DNA of 64,000 nucleotides from Tardiphaga sp. (GTDB lineage: Bacteria > Pseudomonadota > Alphaproteobacteria > Rhizobiales > Xanthobacteraceae): contig DATCUS010000223.1 of NCBI GenBank assembly GCA_036561845.1, positions 7,965-71,964 on the forward strand, read 5' to 3'. The position numbers and the translations under genes are program-made. The notes beneath the pieces were generated by a model. The model saw only the letters and a program-made list of their open reading frames with translations. It made no database searches and was not told where the DNA came from. This document shows positions 19,024 through 30,533 of this stretch, piece after piece; positions within the stretch are counted from its first letter, which is position 1; every line of letters starts with the position of its first letter.

Positions 19024-19890
19024 GTGACTGAACTCTACCAGGCGCTGGCGCAGGGCCTTCTGATCGGCAGCACCTACGGTCTGCTGGCGCTCGGCATGGG
19101 CCTCGTCTATGGCGTGTCGGGCGTGGTCAACTTTTCCCACGGCGACTTCATCTCGCTCGGCATGTTCATGTGCCTGGCGCTGTATTCCGCCTTCTCGCTC
19201 GATCCCTACGTCTCGGTGATCATCACCGTACCCGTGATGACCGCGATCGGTGCCCTGGTCTATCTGTATCTGATCCGGCCGATGGTCGGGCACCAGTTCC
19301 TGATGGTGGTGCAGCTGACATTGGGACTCAGCCTGGTGCTGCAGAACGGCATCCTGATGGTATTCGGCGGCCAGCCGGCGCGCACGCCGTCGATGGTCGA
19401 ATCCAAGCTGTTCATCCTTGGCGACGTGGTGCTGCGGGTGCCGCACATCATCGCCTTCGCGATTTCCTTCGTGCTGGCCATCGGCCTCTACATCATGCTG
19501 CGCTCCACCGATTTCGGCCGCTCCATTCGCGCCGTGCACCAGAACGCCCATGCGGCGGCGCTGATGGGCATCGATGTCGGCCGCGTCCAGGTGCTGACCT
19601 TCGCGCTCGGCATCGGCATTCTCGCATTGGCCGCGGCATTGCTGCTGCCGGGGACGCCGATCCAGCCGACGCAGGGGCTGCGCTACACCGTCATCACGCT
19701 GCTGGTCGTGGTGCTCGGCGGCATGACCAATTTCGTCGGCATCATGCTGGGCGGGCTGATCATCGGCATCGCCGAGGCCTTCGGCACCATCTACCTGGAC
19801 GGCCCGCTGGGACTGCTGATGCCCTACATCATCTTCGTCGCGATCATGCTGTTCCGGCCGCAGGGCCTGACCTGGAGGTCGCAGCGATGA
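19024..19890 (+). CDS. LivH-like ABC permease
   Basis: GLLALGMGLVYGVSGVVNFSHG motif with multiple TM helices. Confidence 0.9.
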   Translation: MTELYQALAQGLLIGSTYGLLALGMGLVYGVSGVVNFSHGDFISLGMFMCLALYSAFSLDPYVSVIITVPVMTAIGALVYLYLIRPMVGHQFLMVVQLTLGLSLVLQNGILMVFGGQPARTPSMVESKLFILGDVVLRVPHIIAFAISFVLAIGLYIMLRSTDFGRSIRAVHQNAHAAALMGIDVGRVQVLTFALGIGILALAAALLLPGTPIQPTQGLRYTVITLLVVVLGGMTNFVGIMLGGLIIGIAEAFGTIYLDGPLGLLMPYIIFVAIMLFRPQGLTWRSQR

Positions 19891-20876
19891 GAGAGGAATT
19901 CTACAACACGCTGAGGTCGCCGGTCTGGTGGGGCGTGCTGGCGCTCGCCGCAATGGTGCCATTCGTGCTGCCGAGCTACTACGTCCACATCCTGACGCTG
20001 TCGCTGGTCTATGTGGCGCTGGCCTCGTCCTGGAACATCGTCGGCGGCATGGCCGGGCAGATCTCGCTGGCGCACAGCCTGTTCATCGGCACCGGCGCCA
20101 TGCTGTCGACCGCGCTGCTGCTCAAGCTCGGCGTCAACATGTGGCTCGGCCTGCTGATTTCGGCGGCGATTTCCGGCGCGCTCGGCGCGCTGATCGCCTG
20201 GATCGATTTCCGCTTCCAGCTCGGGCACCTGTCCTTCGTGCTGATCACTTTGGCCTTCGCGGAGATGGGCAGCATCGTGGTCGAAGGCTCGGAGTTCCTC
20301 GGCGGCGCGTCCGGCTTGTTGTTGCCCAAGGACACCGGCAATTTCCTCGCCTTCCAGTTCGGCGGCGGCTCCGGCGCGTTCTGGATGATGCTGGCGCTGG
20401 CGGCGATCTGCGTGCTGGTCAGCGTCGCCATCCTCAATGCGCCGCTGGGCTATTATCTCCGCACCATCCGCGACAACGAGAAGGCGGCGCAGGCGATCGG
20501 CGTCGACATACTCCGCTACAAGATCACGGCCATGGTGATTTCCGCCGTGCTGGCCTCGGTGGTCGGCACCGCCTATGCGCGCTACCTCACCTTCGCCGAT
20601 CCCTATCTGCTGGTGTCGCCGGTGATCACCATCGAGATCGTGCTGTTCGCCACGGTCGGCGGCCTCGGCCGGGCCTATGGTCCTGCGCTGGGCGCGCTGC
20701 TGCTGGTGCCGCTCGGCGAGGTGCTGCGCGGCAAGCTCGGCAGCACCCTGCCCGGCCTGCATTATTTCATCTACGGCATCGTGGTGATCGCGGTCATCCT
20801 GATCACGCCGCGCGGGCTGCTGCCGTTGTTCGAGAGGCTGTGGGCGCGGGTCAGACCGGCAACTAGAATTTCTTGA
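19887..20876 (+). CDS. LivM-like ABC permease
   Basis: ATGA-coupled start MREEFYNTL; GGMAGQISLAHS and IRDNEKAAQAIG. Confidence 0.9.
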   Translation: MREEFYNTLRSPVWWGVLALAAMVPFVLPSYYVHILTLSLVYVALASSWNIVGGMAGQISLAHSLFIGTGAMLSTALLLKLGVNMWLGLLISAAISGALGALIAWIDFRFQLGHLSFVLITLAFAEMGSIVVEGSEFLGGASGLLLPKDTGNFLAFQFGGGSGAFWMMLALAAICVLVSVAILNAPLGYYLRTIRDNEKAAQAIGVDILRYKITAMVISAVLASVVGTAYARYLTFADPYLLVSPVITIEIVLFATVGGLGRAYGPALGALLLVPLGEVLRGKLGSTLPGLHYFIYGIVVIAVILITPRGLLPLFERLWARVRPATRIS

Positions 20877-21030
20877 CGATCATCAGGCACAGCAGGATCG
20901 TCGCGCACGACGCCATCACCGCTGCCATGTTCAGCAGGTTGCGTGCGGCCACGATGACCGTCGAGGTCGGATAGACCGCGGCCGTTGCATTGGCCTTCTT
21001 GCGCGGTGCCGATCGTTTCTTGTTCGCCAT
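20863..21030 (-). CDS. Small basic/hydrophobic hypothetical protein
   Basis: MANKKRSAPRKK followed by a hydrophobic C-terminus. Overlaps the livM 3' end by 14 bp. Confidence 0.4.
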   Translation of the reverse strand: MANKKRSAPRKKANATAAVYPTSTVIVAARNLLNMAAVMASCATILLCLMIVKKF

Positions 21031-21214
21031 GCTGGTTCCCGAATGGAGGGTCAGGCTGCCGTGCAACCTGACCCTGACGCCGTCCCTGCCGGGGTTTGTC
21101 CCCGATCATGGCCAGACCATCGCATGAACGGGCGCTGAATTGCTTAATCGATGTGGTGAATCAATCCTGACCGGAATCGATGGTTTATGAAATTTATCCG
21201 CCCGCGAAGGCGCC

Positions 21215-22798
21215 TCACACGAAGCGGCGCACATTGACCTCTTCGAGATCGAGTTCACGCTCGATGGCATGCAGGACATCGTCGTGGATCTCGCCGCTGC
21301 GGTGCAGTCGCAGCAACTCGGCGCGGCCGGCGGCATTGGCGGCGAGCACGGCGTTGTAGTGCTCGATGCGATGCGCCGCGAGGGCATCCTTCTCTTCGCT
21401 GAACCGCGTCGCGGCGCGGACGCGGTAGGAATATTGTTCGAACAGCCGCGGATGGCGATGGCTACCGTCAGGATTGAGCGATTGCGCCTCCACCGCGGCA
21501 AGCTGTGCGGTGGCGACACGGGCGCGGGCCTGCTCCTCGGTCAGCGACGAAGGGCGCTGCGCCGTGAAGTCGCCGCGCAACACCAGCCGCACCAGCGGCG
21601 CCAGCGTGGTGCCCTGCACCAGCACGGTCACCAGGATCACCGCGAAGGTCACCGCAAGGATGAAATCGCGGCCCGGAAAGCCTTCCGGCAGCGATAGCGC
21701 GACCGCGAGGCTGACCACCCCGCGCAGTCCGGCCCAGCTCATGATGAACGGCACCGCCAGCGCCGGATAGGGATCGCGGTGACGCAGCGAGGGCGACATC
21801 AGCCGCGGCAGATAGGTGGTAGGAAAGATCCAGACGAAGCGCGCCACGATCACTGCGGCGACGATCGCCGCGGTGGCCGGCAGCAGGCTCATCAGGGTGT
21901 CGCCGTTGTCGCTCAGCCGAGTCAGCACGCCCCTGAGCGACAGGCCGATCAGGATGAACACCAGCGATTCCAGCACGAATACCATCACGCCCCACACCGA
22001 GAGCGCCCGCGTGCGCGTGGCGGCGTCGATGATCTCGTGCTGCTTCCAGCCGAGGATAATGCCGCAGGTGACGGTCGAGAGCACGCCTGAAACGCCGAGC
22101 TTTTCCGCCGCGATGTAGGAGATCCAGGCGTTGAGAAAGGTCCAGATGATGATCAGGTCGGTGTCGCGCAGCCGCTTCACGGCGAAGATGCTGATGACCG
22201 CGCAAGCGATGCCGGCGGCGATGCCGCCCGCGGCCAGCCAGACGAAATTCAGGCTGGCTTCTCCGATGCTGAAGCTGCCGGTCAGCGCCGCCGCGACCGC
22301 GAAGCGAAACAGCACCAGGCCGGACGCATCGTTGACCAGACTCTCACCCTCCAGCAGCACGATCACGCGCGGCGGCAGCGGCAGTTTCGACAGCACCGCC
22401 TTGGCGGCCACGGAATCCGGCGGCGACACGATCGCGCCAAGCGCGAAACACGCCGCCCATGGCAGCGACGGCATCACCAGATGGGTCACCACGCCGACCA
22501 CCAGCGTGGTGAAGAATACCGCGCCGACCGCGAGCTGCAGGATGATGCGGATGTCGGCGCGAAAATCCCGCCACGAGGTGAACCAGGCGCTGGACATCAG
22601 CAGCGGCGGCAGGAACAGCACCAGCACCAGGTCGGGATCGAGTTCGATATCCGGCGTGCCCGGGATCAGCGCGAAGCCGATGCCTCCCAGAATCAGCGCC
22701 GCCGCGCGCGGCAGGTTGAGGCGCCGGGCCACCAGGTCGAGCAACACGATGACGGCCATCAGCAGCAGGATCAGTTCGAAGCGCGAGACGGCGGTCAT
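21215..22798 (-). CDS. CPA1-family Na+/H+ antiporter
   Basis: LFLPPLL, AIVSPPDSVA, LEGESLVNDASGLV and GLRGVVSLAVAL. Confidence 0.92.
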   Translation of the reverse strand: MTAVSRFELILLLMAVIVLLDLVARRLNLPRAAALILGGIGFALIPGTPDIELDPDLVLVLFLPPLLMSSAWFTSWRDFRADIRIILQLAVGAVFFTTLVVGVVTHLVMPSLPWAACFALGAIVSPPDSVAAKAVLSKLPLPPRVIVLLEGESLVNDASGLVLFRFAVAAALTGSFSIGEASLNFVWLAAGGIAAGIACAVISIFAVKRLRDTDLIIIWTFLNAWISYIAAEKLGVSGVLSTVTCGIILGWKQHEIIDAATRTRALSVWGVMVFVLESLVFILIGLSLRGVLTRLSDNGDTLMSLLPATAAIVAAVIVARFVWIFPTTYLPRLMSPSLRHRDPYPALAVPFIMSWAGLRGVVSLAVALSLPEGFPGRDFILAVTFAVILVTVLVQGTTLAPLVRLVLRGDFTAQRPSSLTEEQARARVATAQLAAVEAQSLNPDGSHRHPRLFEQYSYRVRAATRFSEEKDALAAHRIEHYNAVLAANAAGRAELLRLHRSGEIHDDVLHAIERELDLEEVNVRRFV

Positions 22799-22875
22799 GA
22801 TGGCCTGTGGTGTTGCGAGAGAAAACGAATGGATGTTTCTCGCAAATGCCGGGCGGGCTGTACAGGCGTCTTGGC

Positions 22876-23030
22876 GTTCCCCGGATGCTGCGCAACGCGG
22901 CCCCCTTCCGGGCGTGGTGCGCTGCTGATCCGGGGTCTCGGTGTCTTGCTAGTAAGCTGGATCCCGGATCTGCGGCGCAGCGTTGTCGGCGATGCTCTGC
23001 ATCGCCTGCGCTGCGCCGCGTCCGGGACAC
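22876..23030. repeat. Intergenic palindromic REP/MITE-like element (CCGGATGC…TCCGGGACAC type)
   Basis: Nested inverted repeats: CCCCGGATGCTGCGC, GATCCGGGG, GATCCCGGATC, GCTGCGCCGCGTCCGGGACAC. Confidence 0.7.
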
Positions 23031-23037
23031 CAGCCTG

Positions 23038-24102
23038 CTACTCCGCGCTGCTGACCAGCCGCAGCGGCGCGGTGTGTTCCGTCAGGCTGCGATACACCGC
23101 CAGGTAATCCAGCGCCATTCGCCGTGCCGTAAAGCGCGCCTCGAACTGCCTGCGGATCGCACCGCGGTCCATTCCCGGCAGTCGCCTCACCGCCGCCACC
23201 GCGCTGGTCTCATCTTCAACGATGAAGCCGGTCAGTGCCTCGTCGACGATCTCCGGTACCGAGCCGCGGTTATAGGCAATGACCGGTGTGCCGCAGGCCA
23301 TGGATTCGATCATCACCAGTCCGAACGGCTCGGGCCAGTCTATCGGCAGCAGCAGGCCGAGCGCACCCGAGAGGAACTGCGGCTTCTCGTGGTCGCCGAT
23401 CTCGCCGATATATTCCACCAGCGGGTGATCCATCAGCGGACGAATCACCTCGTCGTAATAGTCCTGATCGGCGCGGTCGATCTTGGCGGCGATCTTCAGC
23501 GGCATGTTGGCGCGAATCGCGATCTTGATGGCGCGGTCGACACCCTTTTCCGGTGCGATGCGCCCGAGCACCGCGAGATAGCTCGGCGTCACCGGCTGCG
23601 GCGTCAACAGCTTTTCCGGCAGGCCGTGATGGATGGTGCGCACGAAATTCGCCTGCGGCACTGGGCGCCGCTGCGCGTTGGAGATGGAAACGACCGGGGC
23701 CTTGGAGAAGGTGGTGAACACCGGCTGGTGTTCGGGCAGGTCGAGCCGGCCATGCAGCGTGGTCAGGAACGGGGTGGGCTGGCGGGCGAACAGGGAGAAG
23801 GGATAGTAGTCGAGATGAAAGTGCAGGAAGTCGAACTCGTCGTCATCGGATTTCTGTCGGACCCTTTCCAGCATCTCCATGTGGAGCGCGTTGGGGTCGC
23901 GGACCGAGCCGTCGAGCCGCAGCGCCTTCGGCCATCCGGCGTCGAGCTTTGCCGAGGTCCGGGAATCGCCGCTGGCGAACAGCGTGACATCGTTTCCGAG
24001 TGCCACCAGTTCCTCGGTCAACCAGTGAACGACACGTTCGGTGCCGCCGTAAAGCTTGGGCGGTACGGCTTCCGTCAGCGGAGCAACCTGCGCAATGCGC
24101 AT
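23038..24102 (-). CDS. Glycosyltransferase family 4 protein
   Basis: VPPKLYGGTERVV, GRIAPEKG and EPFGLVMIESMACGTPV. Confidence 0.93.
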   Translation of the reverse strand: MRIAQVAPLTEAVPPKLYGGTERVVHWLTEELVALGNDVTLFASGDSRTSAKLDAGWPKALRLDGSVRDPNALHMEMLERVRQKSDDDEFDFLHFHLDYYPFSLFARQPTPFLTTLHGRLDLPEHQPVFTTFSKAPVVSISNAQRRPVPQANFVRTIHHGLPEKLLTPQPVTPSYLAVLGRIAPEKGVDRAIKIAIRANMPLKIAAKIDRADQDYYDEVIRPLMDHPLVEYIGEIGDHEKPQFLSGALGLLLPIDWPEPFGLVMIESMACGTPVIAYNRGSVPEIVDEALTGFIVEDETSAVAAVRRLPGMDRGAIRRQFEARFTARRMALDYLAVYRSLTEHTAPLRLVSSAE

Positions 24103-24171
24103 CTCAACTTCTCCTGTTGTTGTCGCGGATTAGAATTCCCTCACGGTTAGCGGCACCGGCATGCCGGATCG

Positions 24172-24198
24172 GGAACGTTTTCGCAGGTGCGAAGTTCC
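24172..24198 (-). promoter_or_regulatory. EcfG (general stress sigma) promoter GGAAC-N16-CGTT, with an overlapping near-match on the + strand
   Basis: Minus strand: GGAAC (24198-24194), 16 nt, CGTT (24177-24174), about 70 bp upstream of the GT4 ATG. Plus strand: GGAAC (24172-24176), 16 nt, AGTT. Confidence 0.65.
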
Positions 24199-24405
24199 TC
24201 ACTGCAAGCGTACTTCCTCCACACTGTGGTCTTGCTGATGCCACCTCATCGAACCAGAGTTTCCGCATCTCTTGTGCTGCAAGAATGTTGCGCGGAGATG
24301 GCGACATCGTGGGGAATAGTGATCAGTAATGCTCAGTATCGATGCACCGAGCGGCGCGACCTTTCCTGAAGATTCTCTTTATCCTCCAACGGGTTTGCAG
24401 GTCAC

Positions 24406-26169
<1,764 letters not shown>

Positions 26170-26237
26170 GCAGCTTACAATTGCGGACCGGATCGCCTCG
26201 CGATTCGGTTCCTTCCCGGAACCCGCCGAGGTCTTCC

Positions 26238-28436
26238 ATGCCTATCGAAGCCGCAGCCAAAATCAGCGCCATCCCAGTCGAACCGGTCTCGGAATCGCCC
26301 TTCTACATTCCGATGACCGGCCCCGCCGCGCGGCCGCGACGTGCTTTGAAACACGATGATACCTTCGTCGTGCTCGACAGCCATGGCGACATCGGCGCCT
26401 CCGCCGGTGGACCTGACGGGCTGTTCAACGCTGACACGCGCTATCTGGCGCGGCTGGAACTGACGCTCGACGGGCTGCAGCCGCTGCTGCTCGGTTCCAA
26501 CCTGCGCGACGACAATTCGGCGCTGACCGTCGATCTGACCAATCCGGACATCTACAGCAGCGGCCGCCTCGTGCTGCAGAAAGACATGCTGCACATCGTG
26601 CGCACCTTCTTTCTGTGGCGCGGCACCGCCTATCAGCGCATCGGCCTGCAGAATCACGGCGAGCATGCGGCCAGCTTCGATCTGACGCTCGCCTTCGACA
26701 ATGATTTCGCTGATCTGTTCGAGGTGCGCGGCTCGCAGCGTCCGCGCCGCGGCGTCGCCACCAGCCGGCTGCTCGGTCCCAGCGACGTCGCGCTGGAATA
26801 TACCGGGCTCGACGACACGCCACGCAGCACCATGGTGCATTTCGACCCCCGGCCGACCCGGCTGTCGCCCAATCTGGCGACCTATCATTTCGAACTTGCG
26901 CCGCAGCAGGTGACCTCGCTGTTCGTCGCGGCGTCGTGCAACGCCAGGCCCGGCCACCAGCCGGCACCGTTTTTCCGCGGCCTGCTGGCGCATCGCCGCG
27001 AGATGCGCCAGCTGACCAGGGGCGCCACGTCGATTGAGACGTCCAACAACATCTTCAACGAGGTGCTGTGCCGGGCGACCGCCGACCTCAACATGCTGAT
27101 GACCGAGACCCCTGAGGGTCGCTATCCCTACGCCGGCATTCCCTGGTATTCGACCACGTTCGGCCGCGATGGCCTGATCACCGCGCTGCAGATGCTGTGG
27201 GTCGATCCGCGCGTCGCCCGCGGCGTGCTGAAGCGCCTCGCCGCGTTCCAGGCGAAGAGCGTCGACCCGCTCAACGATGCCGAGCCGGGCAAGATCCTGC
27301 ATGAAATGCGCGGCGGCGAGATGGCCGCGCTGCGCGAGGTGCCGTTCGCGCAGTATTACGGCAGCGTGGACTCCACGCCGTTGTTCGTGATGCTGGCCGG
27401 CCTCTATGTCGAACGCACCGGCGACGACGACACGTTGCGCGAATTGTGGCCGGCGATCGAGGCGGCGTTACGCTGGATCGACGGCCCCGGCGATCCCGAC
27501 GGCGACGGCTTTGTCGAATACCAGCGCGCCACCGAGCAGGGCTTGCAGAACCAGGGCTGGAAGGATTCCTACGACGCGATCTTCCATGCCGACGGCAAGC
27601 TCGCCGAGGGCAATATCGCGCTCGCTGAAGTGCAAGGCTATGTGTTTTCCGCCAAGCAGCTGGCCGCGAAGCTGGCGTTGCGGATGGGCCTGGCCGACCG
27701 TGCCCGCGAACTGATGGCCCAGGCTGAAACGCTGCGACAGAAATTCGAGGACGCGTTCTGGTGCGAGGAACTCGGCACCTATGCGCTGGCGCTGGACGGC
27801 GAGAAGATGCCCTGCGAGGTGCGGACCTCCAATGCCGGCCAGGTGCTTTTCACCGGAATCGCCAGCGAGGACCGTGCGCGCATGGTTGCCGCCGACCTGA
27901 TGCGTCCGCACTTCTTCACCGGCTGGGGTATCCGCACCGTCGCGCGCGGCGAGGCGCGCTACAATCCGATGTCCTATCATGACGGCTCGATCTGGCCGCA
28001 CGACAATGCGCTGATCGCCCTCGGCCTCGCCCGCTACGGGCTGAAGCATTCGGTGGAGGCCGTGTTCAAGGGTCTGTTCGACACCGCGGCCTATATGGAC
28101 CTGCGGCGGCTGCCGGAACTGTTCTGCGGCTTCCAGCGCGAAAAGCGCCGCGGGCCGACGCTGTATCCGGTGGCCTGCGCGCCGCAGGCCTGGGCCAGCG
28201 CGACGCCGTTCACGCTGCTCGAAGCCGCGCTCGGCATCGAGTTCGACGCTGCGCGCGGCGAAATCCGGCTGCGCAACCCGCGGCTGCCGTCATTCCTGAC
28301 GGAAGTGATCCTGCGCGACCTGACGCTGAATCAGTCCAGCGTCGACCTGCGGCTGCGTCGTCACAACGACGATGTCTCGCTCGAAGTGCTGCGCACCCGT
28401 GGCCGCATTCAGGTCTCGATCGTGCTGTCGCGCTGA
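26238..28436 (+). CDS. Amylo-alpha-1,6-glucosidase (glycogen debranching enzyme-like)
   Basis: AGIPWYSTTFGRD, EPGKILHE, YYGSVDSTP, NQGWKDS, YHDGSIWPHDN and LPELFCG. Confidence 0.9.
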   Translation: MPIEAAAKISAIPVEPVSESPFYIPMTGPAARPRRALKHDDTFVVLDSHGDIGASAGGPDGLFNADTRYLARLELTLDGLQPLLLGSNLRDDNSALTVDLTNPDIYSSGRLVLQKDMLHIVRTFFLWRGTAYQRIGLQNHGEHAASFDLTLAFDNDFADLFEVRGSQRPRRGVATSRLLGPSDVALEYTGLDDTPRSTMVHFDPRPTRLSPNLATYHFELAPQQVTSLFVAASCNARPGHQPAPFFRGLLAHRREMRQLTRGATSIETSNNIFNEVLCRATADLNMLMTETPEGRYPYAGIPWYSTTFGRDGLITALQMLWVDPRVARGVLKRLAAFQAKSVDPLNDAEPGKILHEMRGGEMAALREVPFAQYYGSVDSTPLFVMLAGLYVERTGDDDTLRELWPAIEAALRWIDGPGDPDGDGFVEYQRATEQGLQNQGWKDSYDAIFHADGKLAEGNIALAEVQGYVFSAKQLAAKLALRMGLADRARELMAQAETLRQKFEDAFWCEELGTYALALDGEKMPCEVRTSNAGQVLFTGIASEDRARMVAADLMRPHFFTGWGIRTVARGEARYNPMSYHDGSIWPHDNALIALGLARYGLKHSVEAVFKGLFDTAAYMDLRRLPELFCGFQREKRRGPTLYPVACAPQAWASATPFTLLEAALGIEFDAARGEIRLRNPRLPSFLTEVILRDLTLNQSSVDLRLRRHNDDVSLEVLRTRGRIQVSIVLSR

Positions 28437-28481
28437 AATATCTGCGCGCCAGTCGCGCAGCCAAACATTGCCGGAGGCTGT

Positions 28482-29015
28482 ATGCGTCAAACAGGTTGGA
28501 AAATTGTATTGGTGGTTGCCGGCGTTGGGCTTTCGACGGGTCTGGCATGGCCGGCCAATGACACAACTACGCCGCAGGCTGCCCCGACTTCGCCGCAGGT
28601 GATTTCAGGCCCGACTCAGGACAAGAAGCCCGCCGAGGCTGCAACCCCACCCTTGGTAACCGTGATCGACGCCGTCGATGCGCGAGGCATTCTCGGTCGC
28701 GATGTACGCAGCCCGACCGGCGAGAACATGGGGCGCATTGCCGATGTCATTGTCGATCGCGCCGGCCAGACCCGCGCCGCAGTCATCGACTTCGGCGGCT
28801 TTCTCGGTGTCGGCAGCCGCAAGATCGTGGTCGACTGGAGCGCGCTGCACTTCTGGAACGTCGCCAACAAGAGCGAGAGCATCAGCCTCGAGCTGACCCG
28901 CGAGCAGGTCCGCGCCGCGCCGGAATACAAGGATGACCAGCCGATCGTGGCGCTCGGGGCGTCCGGCAAGCTGGAGCCGCTGCGCTTTCCGCCATTGAAC
29001 GGACAGGAGAAGTAA
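28482..29015 (+). CDS. PRC-barrel domain protein (exported)
   Basis: Signal peptide and DVIVDRAGQTRAAVIDFGGFLGVGSRKIVV. Confidence 0.88.
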   Translation: MRQTGWKIVLVVAGVGLSTGLAWPANDTTTPQAAPTSPQVISGPTQDKKPAEAATPPLVTVIDAVDARGILGRDVRSPTGENMGRIADVIVDRAGQTRAAVIDFGGFLGVGSRKIVVDWSALHFWNVANKSESISLELTREQVRAAPEYKDDQPIVALGASGKLEPLRFPPLNGQEK

Positions 29016-29016
29016 A

Positions 29017-30342
29017 CTGTCCGCGCATGCACCCATCCTTGCCAATGACGACGCTCGGCGCGATGACCACGCGCTGCCGGACATTGGCTCGCATGCGCCT
29101 GGCATCGCGCCGGATCTCGGTGGCGAACCGCCGCCGGAGGCCGTACCCTCGCGGCAGAGCCTGCGCGGCCTCGACTGGTTCATCTTCTTCCTCGCCGACG
29201 TTCAGACTGGATTCGGCCCGTTCGTCGCGGTCTATCTCACCACGCAGAAATGGACCCAGGTTGAGATCGGCCTCGTGTTGTCGATCGGCGGAATTGTCGC
29301 GCTGATCGGACAAATGCCCGGCGGCGCCATCGTCGACGCCGCCAGATCGGAAAAGCTTGTGGCCGGGCTCGCGGTGGCGACGATCGGCTGCTGCGCGCTC
29401 GGTTATGCCGCGATGCCGATCCTGCCAGTGGTGATGACCGCGGCAACGCTGCATGCCATGGCCAGCTGTGTGCTCGGGCCTTCCATCGCCGCGATCAGCC
29501 TTGGCCTGGTCGGGCCGCTCAGGATCGGCGAACGGCTCGGTCGCAACGCGCGCTACGCCTCGCTGGGCAATGGCGTTGCCGCCGCCGTGATGGGCACCTG
29601 CGGGTATTTTCTGTCGAGCCGTTCGGTGTTCGTGGTGACGTTCCTGCTGGCGATACCCACATTGCTGGCGCTGTCGCGGATCCGCGCCCGCGAGATCGAT
29701 GCCGCGCAAGCCCACGGCGCGACGCCGCTGGAAAATACGGAGCGCAGATCGATACGCGTCGTCGATCTGCTGCGCCAGCGCCCGCTGCTGATCTTTGCCG
29801 CCGCGGTGCTGCTGCTGCAGCTTGCCAATGCGGCGATGCTGCCGCTGATGGCTGGCGTGGTGACGACCCGCTCCGCCGACTGGGCGCCGGTGCTGATCGC
29901 CTTCTGCATCGTGGTGCCGCAGGCCATCGTCGCGCTGACCTCACCCTCGGTGGGACGCCGCGCGCAGCAATGGGGGCGCCGGCCGCTGCTGTTGCTCGGT
30001 TTCGCGGCGCTGGCCATTCGCGGCCTGCTGTTCGCCATCGTGAAGGACCCCTATTTGCTGGTCGCCGTGCAGGTGTTCGACGGCATCACCGCCGCGGTGT
30101 TCAGCGTGATGATCCCGCTGATCGTCGCCGACGTCGCCTTCGGCAGCGGCCGCTTCAGCCTGGCACAAGGCATCGTCGGCACCGCAACCGGAATCGGTGC
30201 CTCGCTCAGCACGGTGCTGGGTGGATTCGTCGCCGACCGATTTGGCGCGCCTGTGGCTTTTGTCGGCCTCGCCGGCATCGCTGCGCTCGGACTGCTGATG
30301 ATCTGGACCATCATGCCGGAAACAAGGCGGGAAGTTTCGTAA
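29017..30342 (+). CDS. MFS transporter, probably starting at a CTG codon
   Basis: The frame is open from 28999 and contains conserved-looking MFS TM1 (LRGLDWFIFFLADVQTGFGPF) upstream of the track start at 29275. AGGAG lies 7 nt before CTG 29017. Confidence 0.8.
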   Translation: MSAHAPILANDDARRDDHALPDIGSHAPGIAPDLGGEPPPEAVPSRQSLRGLDWFIFFLADVQTGFGPFVAVYLTTQKWTQVEIGLVLSIGGIVALIGQMPGGAIVDAARSEKLVAGLAVATIGCCALGYAAMPILPVVMTAATLHAMASCVLGPSIAAISLGLVGPLRIGERLGRNARYASLGNGVAAAVMGTCGYFLSSRSVFVVTFLLAIPTLLALSRIRAREIDAAQAHGATPLENTERRSIRVVDLLRQRPLLIFAAAVLLLQLANAAMLPLMAGVVTTRSADWAPVLIAFCIVVPQAIVALTSPSVGRRAQQWGRRPLLLLGFAALAIRGLLFAIVKDPYLLVAVQVFDGITAAVFSVMIPLIVADVAFGSGRFSLAQGIVGTATGIGASLSTVLGGFVADRFGAPVAFVGLAGIAALGLLMIWTIMPETRREVS

Positions 30343-30514
30343 CCTCTCCCCGCCCTTTGCGGGGAGAAGTCGACCGGCGCAGCCGGTCGGGTGAGGGGCA
30401 TTGCACGCGGCTCAACGCTAACGCTGCATTCGAGGATCGCAGGAGGCCCCTCACCCGACTCGAATGACCTTCGGTCCTTCGAGCCACCCTCTCCCCGCAA
30501 GCGCGGGGCGAGGG
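30343..30514. repeat. Family A REP-like composite element (CCTCTCCCCGC…GCGGGG[A/C]GAG caps)
   Basis: Two hairpin caps flank GGGTGAGGGG/CCCCTCACCC arms. Its first 57 bp differ from the 50815 copy at 2 positions. Confidence 0.85.
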
Positions 30515-30533
30515 AAGAAGCGCGGCGCTGACA

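Noticed and set aside
26218-26245. GGAAC upstream of the amylo-alpha-1,6-glucosidase as a second EcfG promoter
   Set aside because: No CGTT-like -10 box at 16-17 nt spacing, and it is too close to the start codon.
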